Origin: Eledone cirrhosa
Taxonomy: Eukaryota
Length of the DNA stretch: 64,000 nucleotides
NCBI GenBank assembly: GCA_964016885.1
Contig: OZ024749.1
Coordinates: forward strand, 29,822,001 to 29,886,000
Reading direction: 5' to 3'
The translations under genes were made by a program, and so were the position numbers. How positions within the stretch are numbered: position 1 is the first letter of the stretch; each line of letters begins with the position of its first letter. A model generated the notes under the pieces. It saw only the letters and a program-made list of their open reading frames with translations. It made no database searches and was not told the origin of the DNA. Of the stretch, positions 1-13,183 are shown piece by piece.

Positions 1-3000
1 AAAAGAACAATTTAGACGGGACGTGAGCCCCCCCTGTTTAAAACCGTTGAATCGCGTCCTCTTGAAAGATTTCCCCATAACCGCCCCTCTCCCTGACACA
101 ACTCCAAATACCCCAACCCCACCACACACGTGTACCCCCACACCACCACAAAACATCCCTCCACCCAACACACCTGATGCCATGGAAATTACGCAACCCG
201 GAGAGGTAAGTGCTTTTCTTTCTTCACTTTCAACACCAAAATAGATCAATTGAGAGTTGGCTGTTTGAACGCGCGTGGCCTGAGCTCAGCTTGGAAGCAA
301 GCAAAGCTTCTAAGTGACCTCAGGTCACAAAGTATAGATGTGATGGTTGTTTGCGAGAGTCGGATCAGCAGCGTGAGACAGCTGGCGCCCGCCTTCGATG
401 ACTTTGAGATGCACGCATCTCTCTGTCAACCCGGAGGCGGGGGGGGAGTTGCCGTACTGCTGGATAAACGTCTGACTCTCGACGTACAGATTGTTCACTC
501 GGACCCGGGGGGTCGATTACTGGTGCTGGACGTCGGAGGCGGTGAAGGCGGGGCTTTCAGACTGGTCGGTCTTTATGCTCCCTTCGGGGCGGAGAGAGCC
601 GACTTCTTCCAACGTCTGGAGACTTTTCTAGGAACGTCGCGTTCCCTGCTTTTAGTGGGGGACTGGAATGGAATCCTAGATGCGCGTTGGGACTATGCAG
701 GGGCATGTCCCGATAGAGGGGGGTGTAGCAGCCTCAAGGGGTTACTCGATCGATTCGACCTGGTCGATAGATTTCGACTAGATTGTCCAACTGCGCCAAC
801 CTGGACCTGGGCAAACCGCAGTGGACAATCTAGATCGTACCTAGATAGGTTTTTGGTTAGGAGTAAGGATAGGGACGTATTTAGTTGTCCAGAACTGATC
901 ATGGTTGGCTATTCAGATCACAAATTAGTGACCTGCGTGGTCAACCTTGATAGAACGCATAGACAGGGACCCGGTTACTGGAAGATGAACTTGTCCTTAC
1001 CGACAAAGAAAGATTACAGAAACCGGATTAGTAGCTTAGTTAAGATGCGGTTGACGGGAGCGATCGTCAACAGTAGGTGGTGGATATCTCTAAAGAGAGA
1101 GATTAGAGTAAGTTCGATAGGTTACAGTAAGGAACTAGCGGCGAATAGAAATAGGAGGGAAAGGGAGTTAACAGATAAACTAGAAGAGGCGATTAGGAGC
1201 GGAGACGTAGCCAGAGTGTTAGCAACGAGAACGGCATTGAGCCAGTTCTTTGACGCGAAGCACGAAGGCTGCGTTGTCCGAAGTAAAATACGTGCTTTAG
1301 GAAACGAGGGGACCAAAGCTGTTAGCTGGGCCCGCGTGACAGAAGCCAAGAGTGGGATTAAATCCACCATTCGGTCTTTGCGAGACCAGGATGGACGGGT
1401 GATCCTTGAACCTGAGCGAATGTGCGAGACCTTTCAAAGGCACTTTGCTCGACTGTTCGGAGGTGGCGGGGGGCCGGACGGGGATGTGGACTTCGGTCCA
1501 TACCTCGACGGTCTACCGCGTCTTTCGAGCGGCGAAGCGGAGTGCTGCGAAGGGCCAATCACAGCCACTGAAATCGGGGAAGCGCTCAGCCAATGCAGCA
1601 GACGCAAATCCCCGGGTCTCGATGGTCTACCATACGAACTTTATTTAGCTATGCCGGTCTTGTTCTCCGAACTCCTCGAGGCTGTCTATTGCAACTGGCA
1701 ACAGAACGGGAGAATTCCCTGTTCTGTGACCAAGGGCGTGGTCACGCTAGTGAGGAAGGACGAGAGCAAGGGGGACGACTTAAGTAACTTTAGGCCCATA
1801 ACTCTGCTGAATGCAGAGTTACAGATTTTGGCCAAGGTGTTGGCGAAGAGGTTGGCGCTTGTGGTGGGTGGTTTGGTGGGAGACGCGCAGACATGCGCTA
1901 TCCCGTCCAGGTCCATTCACGACAACCTCCACCTCATGCGATACATCATAGAGAGGGTTGGCTACGAACCCGGCTTTGGTGGGGCCCTGATCAACTTGGA
2001 TCAATCTAAGGCGTTCGATAGGGTCGACCATGGTTACCTGGATGCGGTGCTAGCGGCGGCGGGCTTCGGACCCGTTTTCAGGGGCTGGATTTCTGCCATG
2101 CACAGTGGCAACATCTACTCTAGGATTAAAGTAAACGGCTACCTCTCGGAGCCGTTTCAAATCACCCGATCCATCAGACAGGGGTGCCCCCTCTCCTCCC
2201 TTCTGTACGTATTGACTCTCGAGCCACTGCTGCGGAAGTTGGAGTTGCTGCGGGGCATACCCCTGGAACCGGGATTGCACAAAGCGGTCTCGGCCTATGC
2301 CGACGACGTAACAGTAATGGTGGCGGACGCCTCGGAAATCGGGGCGATCGCCACCCTACTGGAGGAATACGAAAGGCTGACGGGGGCTAAGCTGAACCAG
2401 GACAAGTCAGTCGGTTTGCAACTCGGAACGTGGAGGGGCAAACCGATGCCGTTAGACGGTGTCGTCGGGCGGTGGACGGAGGGCCCGGTGAAGCTGCTCG
2501 GGGTCTGGTTCGGACCGGACCTCCAGGTGGAGAAGAATTGGGGCGAGGTGACGAGCAGGGTGTTTGCGCTGACCCAGAAGTGGGCCAAGTGCAAACTATC
2601 ACTGAAAGGTCGGGCGGAGGTGACGAACGCTTACATAGCGTCCGTCATCTACTACCGCCTGACCGTCGTGCCTTGCCCCAAGGAAAAGCTCACCATCATG
2701 GAACGCATGCTCTTCTAGTTCCTCTGGAAGAAGCGGCCTCCCATGGTGAGGAGATCCATCTGCTGCCAGCACCCTTCGAAAGGAGGGCTGGGTATGCCGT
2801 GGCTGTTGATGCGTAGGCACGCATTGAGGCTACGGCATCTACAGGTATTCCTCAACGGTCAGCCGGTGTGGGCCCCGTTTGTGAGGCGAGCCTTCCCACA
2901 GCTCGTCTCGCTCACCGAACTGCAATCCTGGGTGAAGCAAAGACCGAGAAAACTGGGCAACTGGCACACTGAGTGTGCCCAGGCGCTCACGGCTATCTGG

Positions 3001-3909
3001 CAAGCGGACCCGACTGTCAGTGGAGAATCCACCTCGACATTCTATAGAGGGTTGGTGGCTAGCAGGGGCGACGACACCCTTGGAGAGTCGCTAGGCATGG
3101 AGGAGGACGAACTGGCCAGCCTGTTCGGTAGAACTTTCGGCCCGGGACCCATGGACAACTTCCAGAGGTCCCTAGCCTGGCAGTGTTACCGGGGGGCTCT
3201 GCCCGTTCGAGAAAAGCTCTACAGACACGGGCGCCCGGGCAGGGATCCCGCGAAAAAGATCTGTCCCAGATGCGTGCGCGACGAGGAAACCGTTGCGCAT
3301 GCACTGGTACACTGCCCGGGCGTTGCCGATCTGTGGGGCTACGTCGAACGACTGCTGTCGCGTGTGGCGCCGATTCGATTAACCGCCGAGTCTGTGGTGA
3401 ACATCAAGCCGCCTCCTCCCTTCAGAAATGAAGCAGAGGCGGTCTTTCTGTGCGTAATAGCCATGATGAAAGAGGTTGTGTGGTGGACGCGCCTGAAAGG
3501 TCTGAGGTCGGGTGACTTTCTCTCCGGCCATCACCTGGTTTACTTCTTCCGATACCACTTCGGAAGAAGAATCAGGATGGAGAGAGAAGTGCTTGGTCCC
3601 AGACAGTTTTATGAAAGGTGGGTGAAAGAAGCGAGAATGGCCCGTGTAAATGGGCCTTCTCTCTACATTGTTCTGTAGGTGAAGAAGTGAAGAGGAAAGG
3701 GGGAGCGCCTCCTCTCTGGGCTTCCCCCGCGAAAAGAGTTGCACACTTTTCGGGGGTATGTGCAATCCCCAACACGCCCCCTCCCTTTTGAGGACTTTTT
3801 ATTGTTATATTATTATTGTTATTCCTTTTTTCTTTACTCGATTTATGTAAACTCCCCCACTGTGTAAATGTCCCCTTCTTTTATGCCCTCGTGGCAAATA
3901 AATAGAAAT

Positions 3910-3910
<1 letters not shown>
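1..3910 (+). mobile_element. Tx1/L1-clade non-LTR retrotransposon, 5' end cut by the window edge
   Basis: GC-rich block containing a Pro/Thr-rich upstream ORF end (stop 242-244), an APE-RT-zinc-knuckle ORF2, a short 3'UTR with AATAAA at 3897-3902, then (TATC)n. Confidence 0.93.
250..3678 (+). pseudogene. LINE ORF2 (APE endonuclease + reverse transcriptase + C-terminal CCHC), interrupted by one in-frame TAG at 2716-2718
   Basis: APE motifs LNARG, GDWN, SDHK; RT motifs KSPGLDG, FRPITLLN, DQSKAFDRV, QGCPLS, YADD; CPRC-x8-H-x4-C. ORFs 250..2718 and 2743..3678 are in the same frame. Confidence 0.93.
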
Positions 3911-3946
<36 letters not shown>

Positions 3947-4132
3947 ACTCTCAACCCATCCTAATGTAATCTCCACATTAAGTTATTAAAACAACATGTG
4001 TATATAACGTTATTTTACTAAATTAAATCAGGAAATTAGAAAACGTGACTACTTGCATCTATATGTTTGTACCGGCGTGTATATACAGGTGTGTGTATAT
4101 TTAACGAGTACGAATAAATAGTTATATATATT

Positions 4133-4195
<63 letters not shown>

Positions 4196-4240
4196 TACAT
4201 ATATGAATTTTTATATATATTTATATATATGTATACACAA

Positions 4241-4280
<40 letters not shown>

Positions 4281-4875
4281 GAATACGTATATAAATATAC
4301 GTATTTCTTATTTTAACATATTTGTTATATGTAATACAATTTAGATTTAATAAACATTTGTGAATATAATGTATCTTCAGAAGCACACACCCACACCCAC
4401 ACAATATGCAAAAAACAGAAGCACACACACACACACTCGCAAACAGAAGCACAAACCCACACACATATGCACCCACACATACACACACACAAACAGAAGC
4501 ACATACACACAATCAGAAGCACACACAGATACAGAAGCACACACATGCATGTACGCATAGTTTGTATACAAATAGTTTTATCTAATTATATTTCTCACAC
4601 CGCTCCCCTTATATTAACGTATGTTTCCGAAATTTCTTTACTTCCGTTATTTAAACAATTTGAAAAAAAATAAATTGTTAGATATATGGGAGGTTACCCG
4701 TGGAGAGAAAATGTTCCGTTTCAAAAGCTGCTTTATTTTGATTAAGAATTTAAAAAACAGATTATGCAGTTCAGAATGATATATTTAACAAAGCATCCCC
4801 CTTCACAACAACGCCGTAGAGGCACGCGTATTCAGGGTAGAAAGTAGTCCACTTCACCTACAGATAAATCACAGT

Positions 4876-5093
4876 GTATATAGAGAAAAAAATGTTTCCG
4901 CGCTCTTGACTGAACTGCATGATGACTTTTTAAAATTCTTTATTAAAATAGAACTATTTATTAGTGGGGGTGCGTGTGTATCTATGAGTGTGTATGTGTG
5001 TTCCTTTTCAAAAATATTCTATTTTAATAAAGAATTTTAAAAGGCCATCATGCAGTTCAGTCAAGAGCACGGAAACATTTTTTTCTCTATATA
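4876..5093. repeat. Inverted repeat with ~78-bp arms (4876-4953 / 5017-5093)
   Basis: gtatatagagaaaaaaatgtttccgcgctcttgactgaactgcatgatg... is the reverse complement of ...catcatgcagttcagtcaagagcacggaaacattttttctctatatac, with few mismatches. Confidence 0.85.
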
Positions 5094-5142
5094 CCCTAGA
5101 TTTCTAGATATACATAGTCTCTAGCTGTCTATTTATATAGCA

Positions 5143-5254
5143 CTAGCTGAGGCACCCGGCTTCGCTCGGGAGAAAATTTAAGATAAAAGAGAAAACGACT
5201 ATATTGGATGTGTTGTCTGGTTTACAGTATGAGGTGAGACCGTAATGTGTGTGT

Positions 5255-5290
<36 letters not shown>

Positions 5291-6100
5291 AAAAAAACAA
5301 TCATAAAACTTTCTTACTAGGCTGGGAGAGTAAACTGCTGATCAAATGGTAGCATTGGCCTTGGATTTTAAATGTGAAATAACCATAGTCAGTATGCTCT
5401 TTATAAGCTCCAAAGGACGTCATCTGAAACGCAGCAATATACCGCATAACATTGCTTGTGAAATGTTTAGCTTCGTTAGTATGATCTGTAAACAGTATAT
5501 GGATAAAAGCAACACATCCTACCAATCGCGACTTTAGGATCGTCGATCCTATAATTCATCGATCGGTCATATGAAAACGCAGCTCTTAGCCAGTTTATTC
5601 TACCTTGAAGAGTCCTTTGTGTTCGTCGAGTTTGCATCGCAGTTCTCATTGCCTCTTGGTCATTTTCATATTGAACCTCTCATTGTTGCGATAGTCTTTC
5701 TTCTTGGCTTAATATTTCTTGCCTTAATCTTTCTGTTTCCTGTCTCAGGTTCTGTACACTTTCAGAAAGTTGCGATCGTCTTTCTTGTCTTAACCTTTCT
5801 GTTTCTCGCCTCATATTTTGCTGTATGTCACAATGTTTACTTGTCTCTTTATTCTCAAGTCTTTTTTTTTTATATTGTTCGTGAGTTTCTCAACCGTTTG
5901 GCGGACATTGTAACCCCCCCCCCCCCCCCCCATAGATGAGCGGCGTTTTGGTGACATGATGAAATTAATTTTCTTGGAAAATATCTTGAAAAAAAAATAA
6001 CAATACAAAGCAATATAAAAAAAAAACACAGAAACAAATGCAAGTAGCAGCCTTAGAGAATATGTTGACACTCTGTCATCGGAATTAGGTTAATAATAAT
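5143..6100 (-). mobile_element. Internally deleted Helitron
   Basis: Minus-strand 3' terminus CCCGAGCGAAGCCGGG hairpin followed by CTAG (5143-5170); ORF 5301..5525 has the Helitron RepHel N-terminal motif AFQMTSFGA...FKIQGQCYHLISSLL; MSPKRRS start near 5957. The 5' boundary is approximate. Confidence 0.85.
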
Positions 6101-6234
6101 ATGACACTATCCTCAAAAAGCTAACTTAGATTAATTTCAAATAGCTTCAATTTTTTCTTTGTTCTGTGAAATCAAAGACTTTTGAGGGCATCACACACAC
6201 ACACACGCTCCCCCTCTCTCTCTCCCCCTCTCTC

Positions 6235-6299
<65 letters not shown>

Positions 6300-7143
6300 G
6301 TATATATAACCCATGCTAGCGTGGAAGATGGACGTTAAACGAAGATGATGATGAGGTGTTGATGAATATCTAACATTTTAATTGTACCTCACGCTGTATA
6401 ACGGCCTATCTCTCTCACTCTCTGCCTCTCCCTCTGTGTGTCTATCTTTCTTTAGATGTGTGTGTATGTGTGTATCTGTGTCTGTGAGTGTGTGTGTGTG
6501 TCTGTGTGTGTGGAGGTTTCGAGCAACCAACCAACCAATAAACATCTCTCTTTTGTATTATAAATATAGATTACTGGGATCAGTAATTTGTTTGTATTTG
6601 AATAATTATAACCCTACACCCCAAATCTCTGTCCTTATGTCGGCTTATGCTTAAAATAAATAATAAATAACTAAACGAATAATCATTATTATTATTGAAA
6701 ATAATTGATTTATTATTTTAATATTTTTCTCGAGTAGGGAATAATTTATATTGAATTGTTCACGAGATGGGAATATTTGGCAGAAATCAAATCAATTGAA
6801 TTGAGTCAGTATTAAAAGCGGATGAAGAAAATTACAGATTAATAATGCAGAAGCCAGATGTTGATTAAAAGAAAAACAAAAAATAAAATAAAAAAGATTT
6901 CTTGTAAACATTACGAGTGAAACGTTCGTTTGAATAAAGATTTTATTTGGAAAATTCTAGAAAGTGAAATATTTAACGATATTTTAAAAATAAAATCGAG
7001 ATTATCGGTCACTGACAATAAATATTCCTTGATTTCATAGAACCATCTCAAGGGAAAGAGAGAATGAAAATGTGTGAGGGAGGGGGGGGCGGGGGAGAAA
7101 GAGAGAGAGAGAGAGAGAGTGAGAGTGCGAGAGAAATAGAGAG

Positions 7144-7209
<66 letters not shown>

Positions 7210-7348
7210 CATGTAAACGTATCGCTCGACATGTGGGGGCAAGCAATTAAATTTCTCTAAAACCATTCTAACGGCCTTCCTACTGCTCCTCCTTCCCTTC
7301 CTCCACTTCTCACACACACCCCCTTCAAAATCCAGATGTACACCCATA

Positions 7349-7414
<66 letters not shown>

Positions 7415-7415
<1 letters not shown>

Positions 7416-7874
7416 GATATTAAACAAATGGAAACTATATTTATAAAACCATATTTATTTCATTATACATATTTCAGGGATACCATATTAAAAATATGGC
7501 ATGCCTTCGTCAGATAAAATACAATATATAACCAGTTTTATAAATAATTTTGACGTACCATAAATATAGCGACCATTAATGTAGGAGGCTGGCTACAGCC
7601 TCCTACATTAATGCCTCCTACATTAATGGTCGCTATATTTATGGTACGTCAAAATTATTTATAAAACTGGTTATATATTGTATTTTATCTGACGAAGGCA
7701 TGCCATATTTTTAATATGGTATCCCTGAAATATGTATAATGAAATAAATATGGTTTTATAAATATAGTTTCCATTTGTTTAATATCGTATATCTACTCCC
7801 AAAACTTGTCGAGTGCTTTATATCAGTTATAAAATATTTACTTGTTGTAACCCAACAATTTTAAATAAAACTTT

Positions 7875-7877
<3 letters not shown>
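7415..7877 (+). mobile_element. PLE-terminus fold-back, family C (other copies 37295-37640 -, 44310-44787, 61990-62145 +)
   Basis: Arms 7415-7590 / 7613-7787, ~90-bp one-sided tail, (TA)n on both sides, HHR motif in each arm. Confidence 0.8.
7681..7746 (+). ncRNA. Type I hammerhead ribozyme, family C
   Basis: Stem I TATTTTAT/ATGAAATA, CTGACGA, stem II AGG-CATGCCATAT/ATATGGTAT-CCCT, GAAA, stem III TATGTA, AUA site. Confidence 0.8.
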
Positions 7878-7949
<72 letters not shown>

Positions 7950-7953
<4 letters not shown>

Positions 7954-8103
7954 GTTTCTACTATTGGCACAAGGCCAGCAATTACCCAGTACATTACTGG
8001 TACTTTATTTTATCTACCCCGTAAGGATGAAAGGCAAAGTTAACCTCGGCCTTTCATCCTTACGGGGTAGATACAATAAAGTACCAGTAATGTACTGGGT
8101 AAT
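7950..8103 (-). mobile_element. SINE 3' part with fold-back, inserted in (TA)n
   Basis: SINE body ggcacaaggccagcaattacccagtacattactgg...gaaaggc followed by its own reverse complement gcctttcatccttacggggtagatac...tactgggtaat. Confidence 0.85.
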
Positions 8104-8151
8104 ATATATAATATCTTTTACTCTTTTACCTGTTCCAGTCATCCGGCTGAG

Positions 8152-8227
<76 letters not shown>

Positions 8228-8229
<2 letters not shown>

Positions 8230-8413
8230 ACCCCAACGGCTGAGCTCCAGCCGTTCCTACAGCTAGATCCGAACTGTTCGGATCTAGGTGTCGAAACGGC
8301 CGGAGCTCAGCCGTCGGGGTCCCGATTCTTTTCCTATTACCCACTCTACTACTCTAAGTAATGAGTACTCTGGTGCGTTATGGTCCACCTGGTTCCTTAC
8401 CACACTTGCTTCG

Positions 8414-8415
<2 letters not shown>
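8228..8415 (+). mobile_element. Family A fold-back element (divergent subfamily)
   Basis: Palindrome around gatccgaac-t-gttcggatc, HHR 3' half GAAAC-GGC..GCC-GTC, and the shared tail cctattacccactctact...ttcgtt-(AT)n. Confidence 0.8.
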
Positions 8416-8451
<36 letters not shown>

Positions 8452-8457
<6 letters not shown>

Positions 8458-8944
8458 AACAAGGGTAGAAGAATACTGCATCGTTGCACATGGATTACAT
8501 ATTATAAAATTAGTCCCTCATCAGTGATTTGCCAACCATCATTGGTATTTCATCGCATTAAAAATCAGATACCTCAGGCTGGTGCGAGCAATAACTAAAA
8601 TAAGCTATTAGGACAAGTGAAACGCGTAAAGCGAGTGAGACAAGTAAACAACAGAAGGAAAAGCAAACCGAAGGTTGGAAAACAGCAAGCCACATGATAG
8701 TTATCCGATCAGCATAAGCTGGGTGAATTTCATGAGCGGTCAGAGAAGCAGACCGTACGCCGTGAATGCGGTATGAGAAAGAAGGAACCCCACTACTAGC
8801 GAACGGGAGGAAGTGAGAAGGGGAGAAACAGAGAGTGAGTGAGTGGAAGTGCGAGGAAGAGGTCAGTCGAGAGAAAAAGTGTAACTGACAGAGAGGGCGA
8901 AATAAGGTAAGAGAAACAGAGAGAACGGGGGAGCAGTAAGAGAG

Positions 8945-8945
<1 letters not shown>
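8452..8945 (-). repeat. Family D repeat in (TA)n, homologous to the fold-back at 37827-38151
   Basis: catcattggtatttcatcgcattaaaaatcagatacctc matches catcataggtatttcttcgcattaaagaccagatacgtc at 37885-37922. Confidence 0.6.
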
Positions 8946-8987
<42 letters not shown>

Positions 8988-9009
8988 GTCACCCTGCACA
9001 AGGATAGTA

Positions 9010-9245
9010 GACGCTTCCAGTCTAGAAAAAATGTCTCCTGGTTCAGGGAAAGAAGGCGCTTCCGGTCCAGGAAAAAATGTCATCTGTTTCAAGGAAACAA
9101 GCGCTTCCGGTCCAGGAAAAATATCATCTGGTTCAAATTTACATGGCGCTTGGCGCTTCCGGCCCCCTCAAAATGTCACCTGGTTCAGGCAAACAAGGAA
9201 TAAATGTCACGTGGTTCAAGGAAACATGGCACTTCCGTTCCAGAA
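9010..9245 (+). repeat. Degenerate ~44-bp minisatellite, ~5 units
   Basis: Recurring GCGCTTCCGGTCCAGGAAAAAATGTCAYCTGGTTCAAGGAAAC. Confidence 0.75.
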
Positions 9246-9363
9246 ATCAAACACGACCTTACGACCGTCATCTAAGAAACCTAACCACTTATTCATTAAG
9301 TCTTCACAACCTATCATTTACTTTTATTTAATTAATTCACTAAAACAACGCATTCTATATAAA

Positions 9364-9653
9364 GTAGTAGTAGTGGTGGTTGTAATAGTGACAGTGGTAG
9401 TGGTAGTAGTAGATGTTGTTGTTGTTGTCGTTGTAGTAGTAGTGGTAGTGGTGATAGTAGTGGTAGTAGTAGTAGTGACTGTAGTGGTAGTAGTAGTAGT
9501 AGTTGTTGTAGTTGCAGTAGTAGTTACTGTAATAGTAGTTATTATTGTAGAAGTAGTAGTGGTAGTGGTGGTAGTGGTTGTAGTATTAGTAGTAATAGCA
9601 GTAGCAGTTGTAGTAGTGGTAGTAGTAGTAGTAGTAGTAGTAGCATCAATAGC

Positions 9654-9689
<36 letters not shown>

Positions 9690-9862
9690 AGCCAGAACAG
9701 CAGTAGTAGTAGCAACAACAGCAGCAGTAGCAGGAGCAGCAGCAGAAGTAGTAGTAGTAGTAGTAATAGTAGTAGTAGTCGTAGTAGTAGTAGTAGCAGC
9801 AGTAGTAGTAACAGTAGCAGCAGCAACAGAAGCAGCAGCAGCAGTAGTAGTAGTAGTAGTAA
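9364..9862. repeat. (GTA/GTG/GCA)n trinucleotide repeat
   Basis: Direct reading; source of the poly-Val and poly-Leu ORFs. Confidence 0.95.
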
Positions 9863-10065
9863 CATCATGCTTCTCTTATAAAATCACGTGAAGATCTGAT
9901 GGCTCTAAATTTTAGAGCCATCATGCCAATAGGCTAAAAGTATGAAGCTTTAGGCTCCCTACTTTCAATTAATTAAACGATTACATAGCAATTTACTCAT
10001 AGATTACACTGAATATCGCTATTATAATTCTTGTTGCTACTGTTGTTCTTATGGCTGCTATTTAA

Positions 10066-10475
10066 TAAGTGTTTCTATTTTTGGCACAAGGTCAGCAATT
10101 TCCCAGTACATTTCTGGTACTTTATTTTATCGACACCATAAGGATGAAAGGCAAAATGAATCTCGGCAGGATTTGAACTCAAACTACAAAGGGACGTAAC
10201 TCTATGTTGCAAAGCATGGCGTCCCACCTTCTACCGATACTGCCAATCCCCCTTTAATAAGATAGGTGGATTGGCAGCAATCGGTAGCACATCCGGTAAC
10301 ATCCTTTGCGGCAATAGAGTTACGTCCATTTATGTTCTGTGTTCAAATCCCACCGAGGTTAGCTTTGCCTTTCATCCTTACGAGGTCGATAAAATAAAGT
10401 ACCAGCTACACACTGGGGTCGATTTAATCGACTTTACCCTTTGCCCAGAATTGTTGGCATTGTGCCTAAATCAGA
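10066..10475. mobile_element. Two head-to-head copies of a tRNA-derived SINE (10066-10250 -, 10263-10475 +)
   Basis: A box TGGCAGCAATCGG, B box GTTCAAATCC, conserved core GCCTTTCATCCTTACGAGGTCGATAAAATAAAGTACCAG. Confidence 0.85.
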
Positions 10476-10568
10476 AAAGAAGTAAGTGACATAGTCATTA
10501 CTTTAAAACTGATAGCGTATGGTCTTCAAAATGTTTTTAATTAAACATACGGTATATTGCCAAATATA

Positions 10569-10643
<75 letters not shown>

Positions 10644-10777
10644 AATATATATGTATATATATATGTATATATATATATATATATATATACGCAAAACATA
10701 AGCAGAAATAGCAGCGCAAACGACTCACTACAATGAAGATATATATTAGTTTAACGCTTCATATGGTAGGAAAAGAG

Positions 10778-10813
10778 TCTTAATGTTTCGGACACTAGTC
10801 TTTTATCAGAAGA
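10778..10813 (-). ncRNA. Degenerate hammerhead (core CTGATAA), same family as 54369-54404
   Basis: Flanks match 54340-54420; G8 is mutated. Confidence 0.5.
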
Positions 10814-11901
10814 TAGAATGAGAAATAAAAGTTGAAATAGAAAGATAAAGCGTTAGAAGAGGAAGGGACGGAAACAAATTATTTAAAAAAAAAAAACACA
10901 TGTATTTTCAATCTCTCTCTCTCTATATATATACAATATATATGGACATGATTATGTATATGTATATGGACATGGTTATTAATAGATATATGCTTGCATT
11001 GTATGTGTATATATATATACATTGTATGTATATATATATATACATTGTATATATATATATATATATACAATGTATATATATATATACATAAAATGTATAT
11101 ATATATACACATACAATGCAAGCATATATCTATTAATAATCATGTCCATATACAAGTTTATGATGTACATGGCTCATGAAATAATGGATTAAATATTTTC
11201 TTAATTAACTGATTGTGTATATCCTATATGGAGTGATGTTAAAGTACCTTCAGATAGAATTTAAAGGAATTTACATTTTAGGATTACATTTGTTAATTTT
11301 GTAAAATGCCTCAATGTCAAATTATTATTTTTTTTTTTTGTTTGTCTTAGAATCTCATTCACATAATGTTTGTCTATTGTTAAATTTTCGCAAAAAGTAA
11401 TGTTTTCTTTTCGCCATCATTACATTTGTCAGCTCCATTTAAGCATCTCTTCCACCGTCAAAGAAAAAAAAAAGAAAATAAGGAAAAAAGAAAGCAAAAC
11501 GAAAATTTAGATTTTAAATTTAAGTTTAGTTTAATTAATGCATTATGTTCTTCAATGTAACATTTAAAAAGTTTTCATTGAATACGGGAAAATGAATCGC
11601 AGAAAAACACCAAAAAACTATATAAATATATAAATAAATGAAATAAAATGAATTTAACAAGGAAAGGAAAAAAATATTCATAGAAATACTTGAATAGAAA
11701 TGGCATCTCCAGATTATATTTTGCCCATTTCCTAATGGTGTTGAAATTGATTTAGTATATATATATATATGTATATGTGTCTGTGTGTGTGTGTGCATGT
11801 GTGTTTATTTTTGCTTTCCTTCTTCCTTTTCCAGCCTCACTTTCATATAGATTATATTTTTGTTTTTAAAATCCATTGTCAATAAATACACCAGGATTTT
11901 T

Positions 11902-11962
11902 TTTCATTCTGATGATTGAAGGCAAATTTTGTTTGCTTTCAAGAAACCACTGGTAAATGAAA
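11902..11962 (+). ncRNA. Type I hammerhead ribozyme, family F
   Basis: TTTCATT-CTGATGA-TTGAAGGCAAA/TTTGCTTTCAA-GAAAC-CACT-GGTA-AATGAAA; GUA site; (TA)n begins ~30 nt downstream. Confidence 0.9.
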
Positions 11963-11994
11963 TACTTATCTTATGTTGTTTATTACATAACTAT

Positions 11995-12025
<31 letters not shown>

Positions 12026-12061
12026 CATATGTATATATATATATACATAATATATATATAT

Positions 12062-12204
<143 letters not shown>

Positions 12205-12369
12205 TGTGTGTGTGTGTGTGTGTGTGTATGAATGTATATATTCTGTTCATGGCTTTCTTAGTAATTAGATCGTCAAATGTGAAAAACGTTTCTTAAGCCA
12301 ATGTTCACATGATAATGTACACACACCACACACAGACACACACACACACACATATATACACACACACAT

Positions 12370-12426
<57 letters not shown>

Positions 12427-13183
12427 AATACAAAAACAGAATGCGAGACATTTAATGAAGAAACTTTAAAATAATGCTACTTAAGAAATCATTACTTTTA
12501 TTACCTCAAAGTTCTAATAAGATATATTCAATAGCTATTGATATTATACAACAATTTGTTTTCAGTTTTTTTGTAAAGGTTGTAAAGAAGATGAACTGTA
12601 GATATACATAACAGTATTACGCATAAAAATAACGGTTTAAATAATTATCTTAAAATAATAAAAACAGATTGGAAATGTTTTGTTATAGAATATATCCCGC
12701 TGGTATATCCATTACTTAGGAAAAAACAAAAACTGATCGTATTCTTTAAATATAAGTGTTACCTACATAAAACAATGACACTTCCCTCCATGAAAGCCAC
12801 AATAATACAGGAATAATGATCTTAGAAATATCTAGTTATGGAGTTATATTAATCTTGTCACTTTCAACAGAAATGACATATCTATCATTTTAAGAAAAAA
12901 TTGATCTTATTCTTTAAATATAAATGTTACCCACATAAAACGATGAAACTTCTTCCCTCCATATTAAATCTACAAGGATCCAAGGATAATGACCTTAGAA
13001 ACATCTTCCTATGGGGCTATGTTAATCATGTCTCCGCCAACATTACACACATACAACCTCTGTACAATCTCTTTGGGAAAAACCCTAAAAATACCTCAAC
13101 CACAAAAAAAAAAAAACAAAGAAAAAAGACATCATGCTAAAAGAGTATAAAAAATATTACAAATATTTAGTATTGCCCTAAAT

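Noticed and set aside
8986-9891. 301-aa poly-Val ORF (and the poly-Asn/Thr/Leu ORFs at 47050-47865)
   Set aside because: Produced by trinucleotide repeats plus a minisatellite
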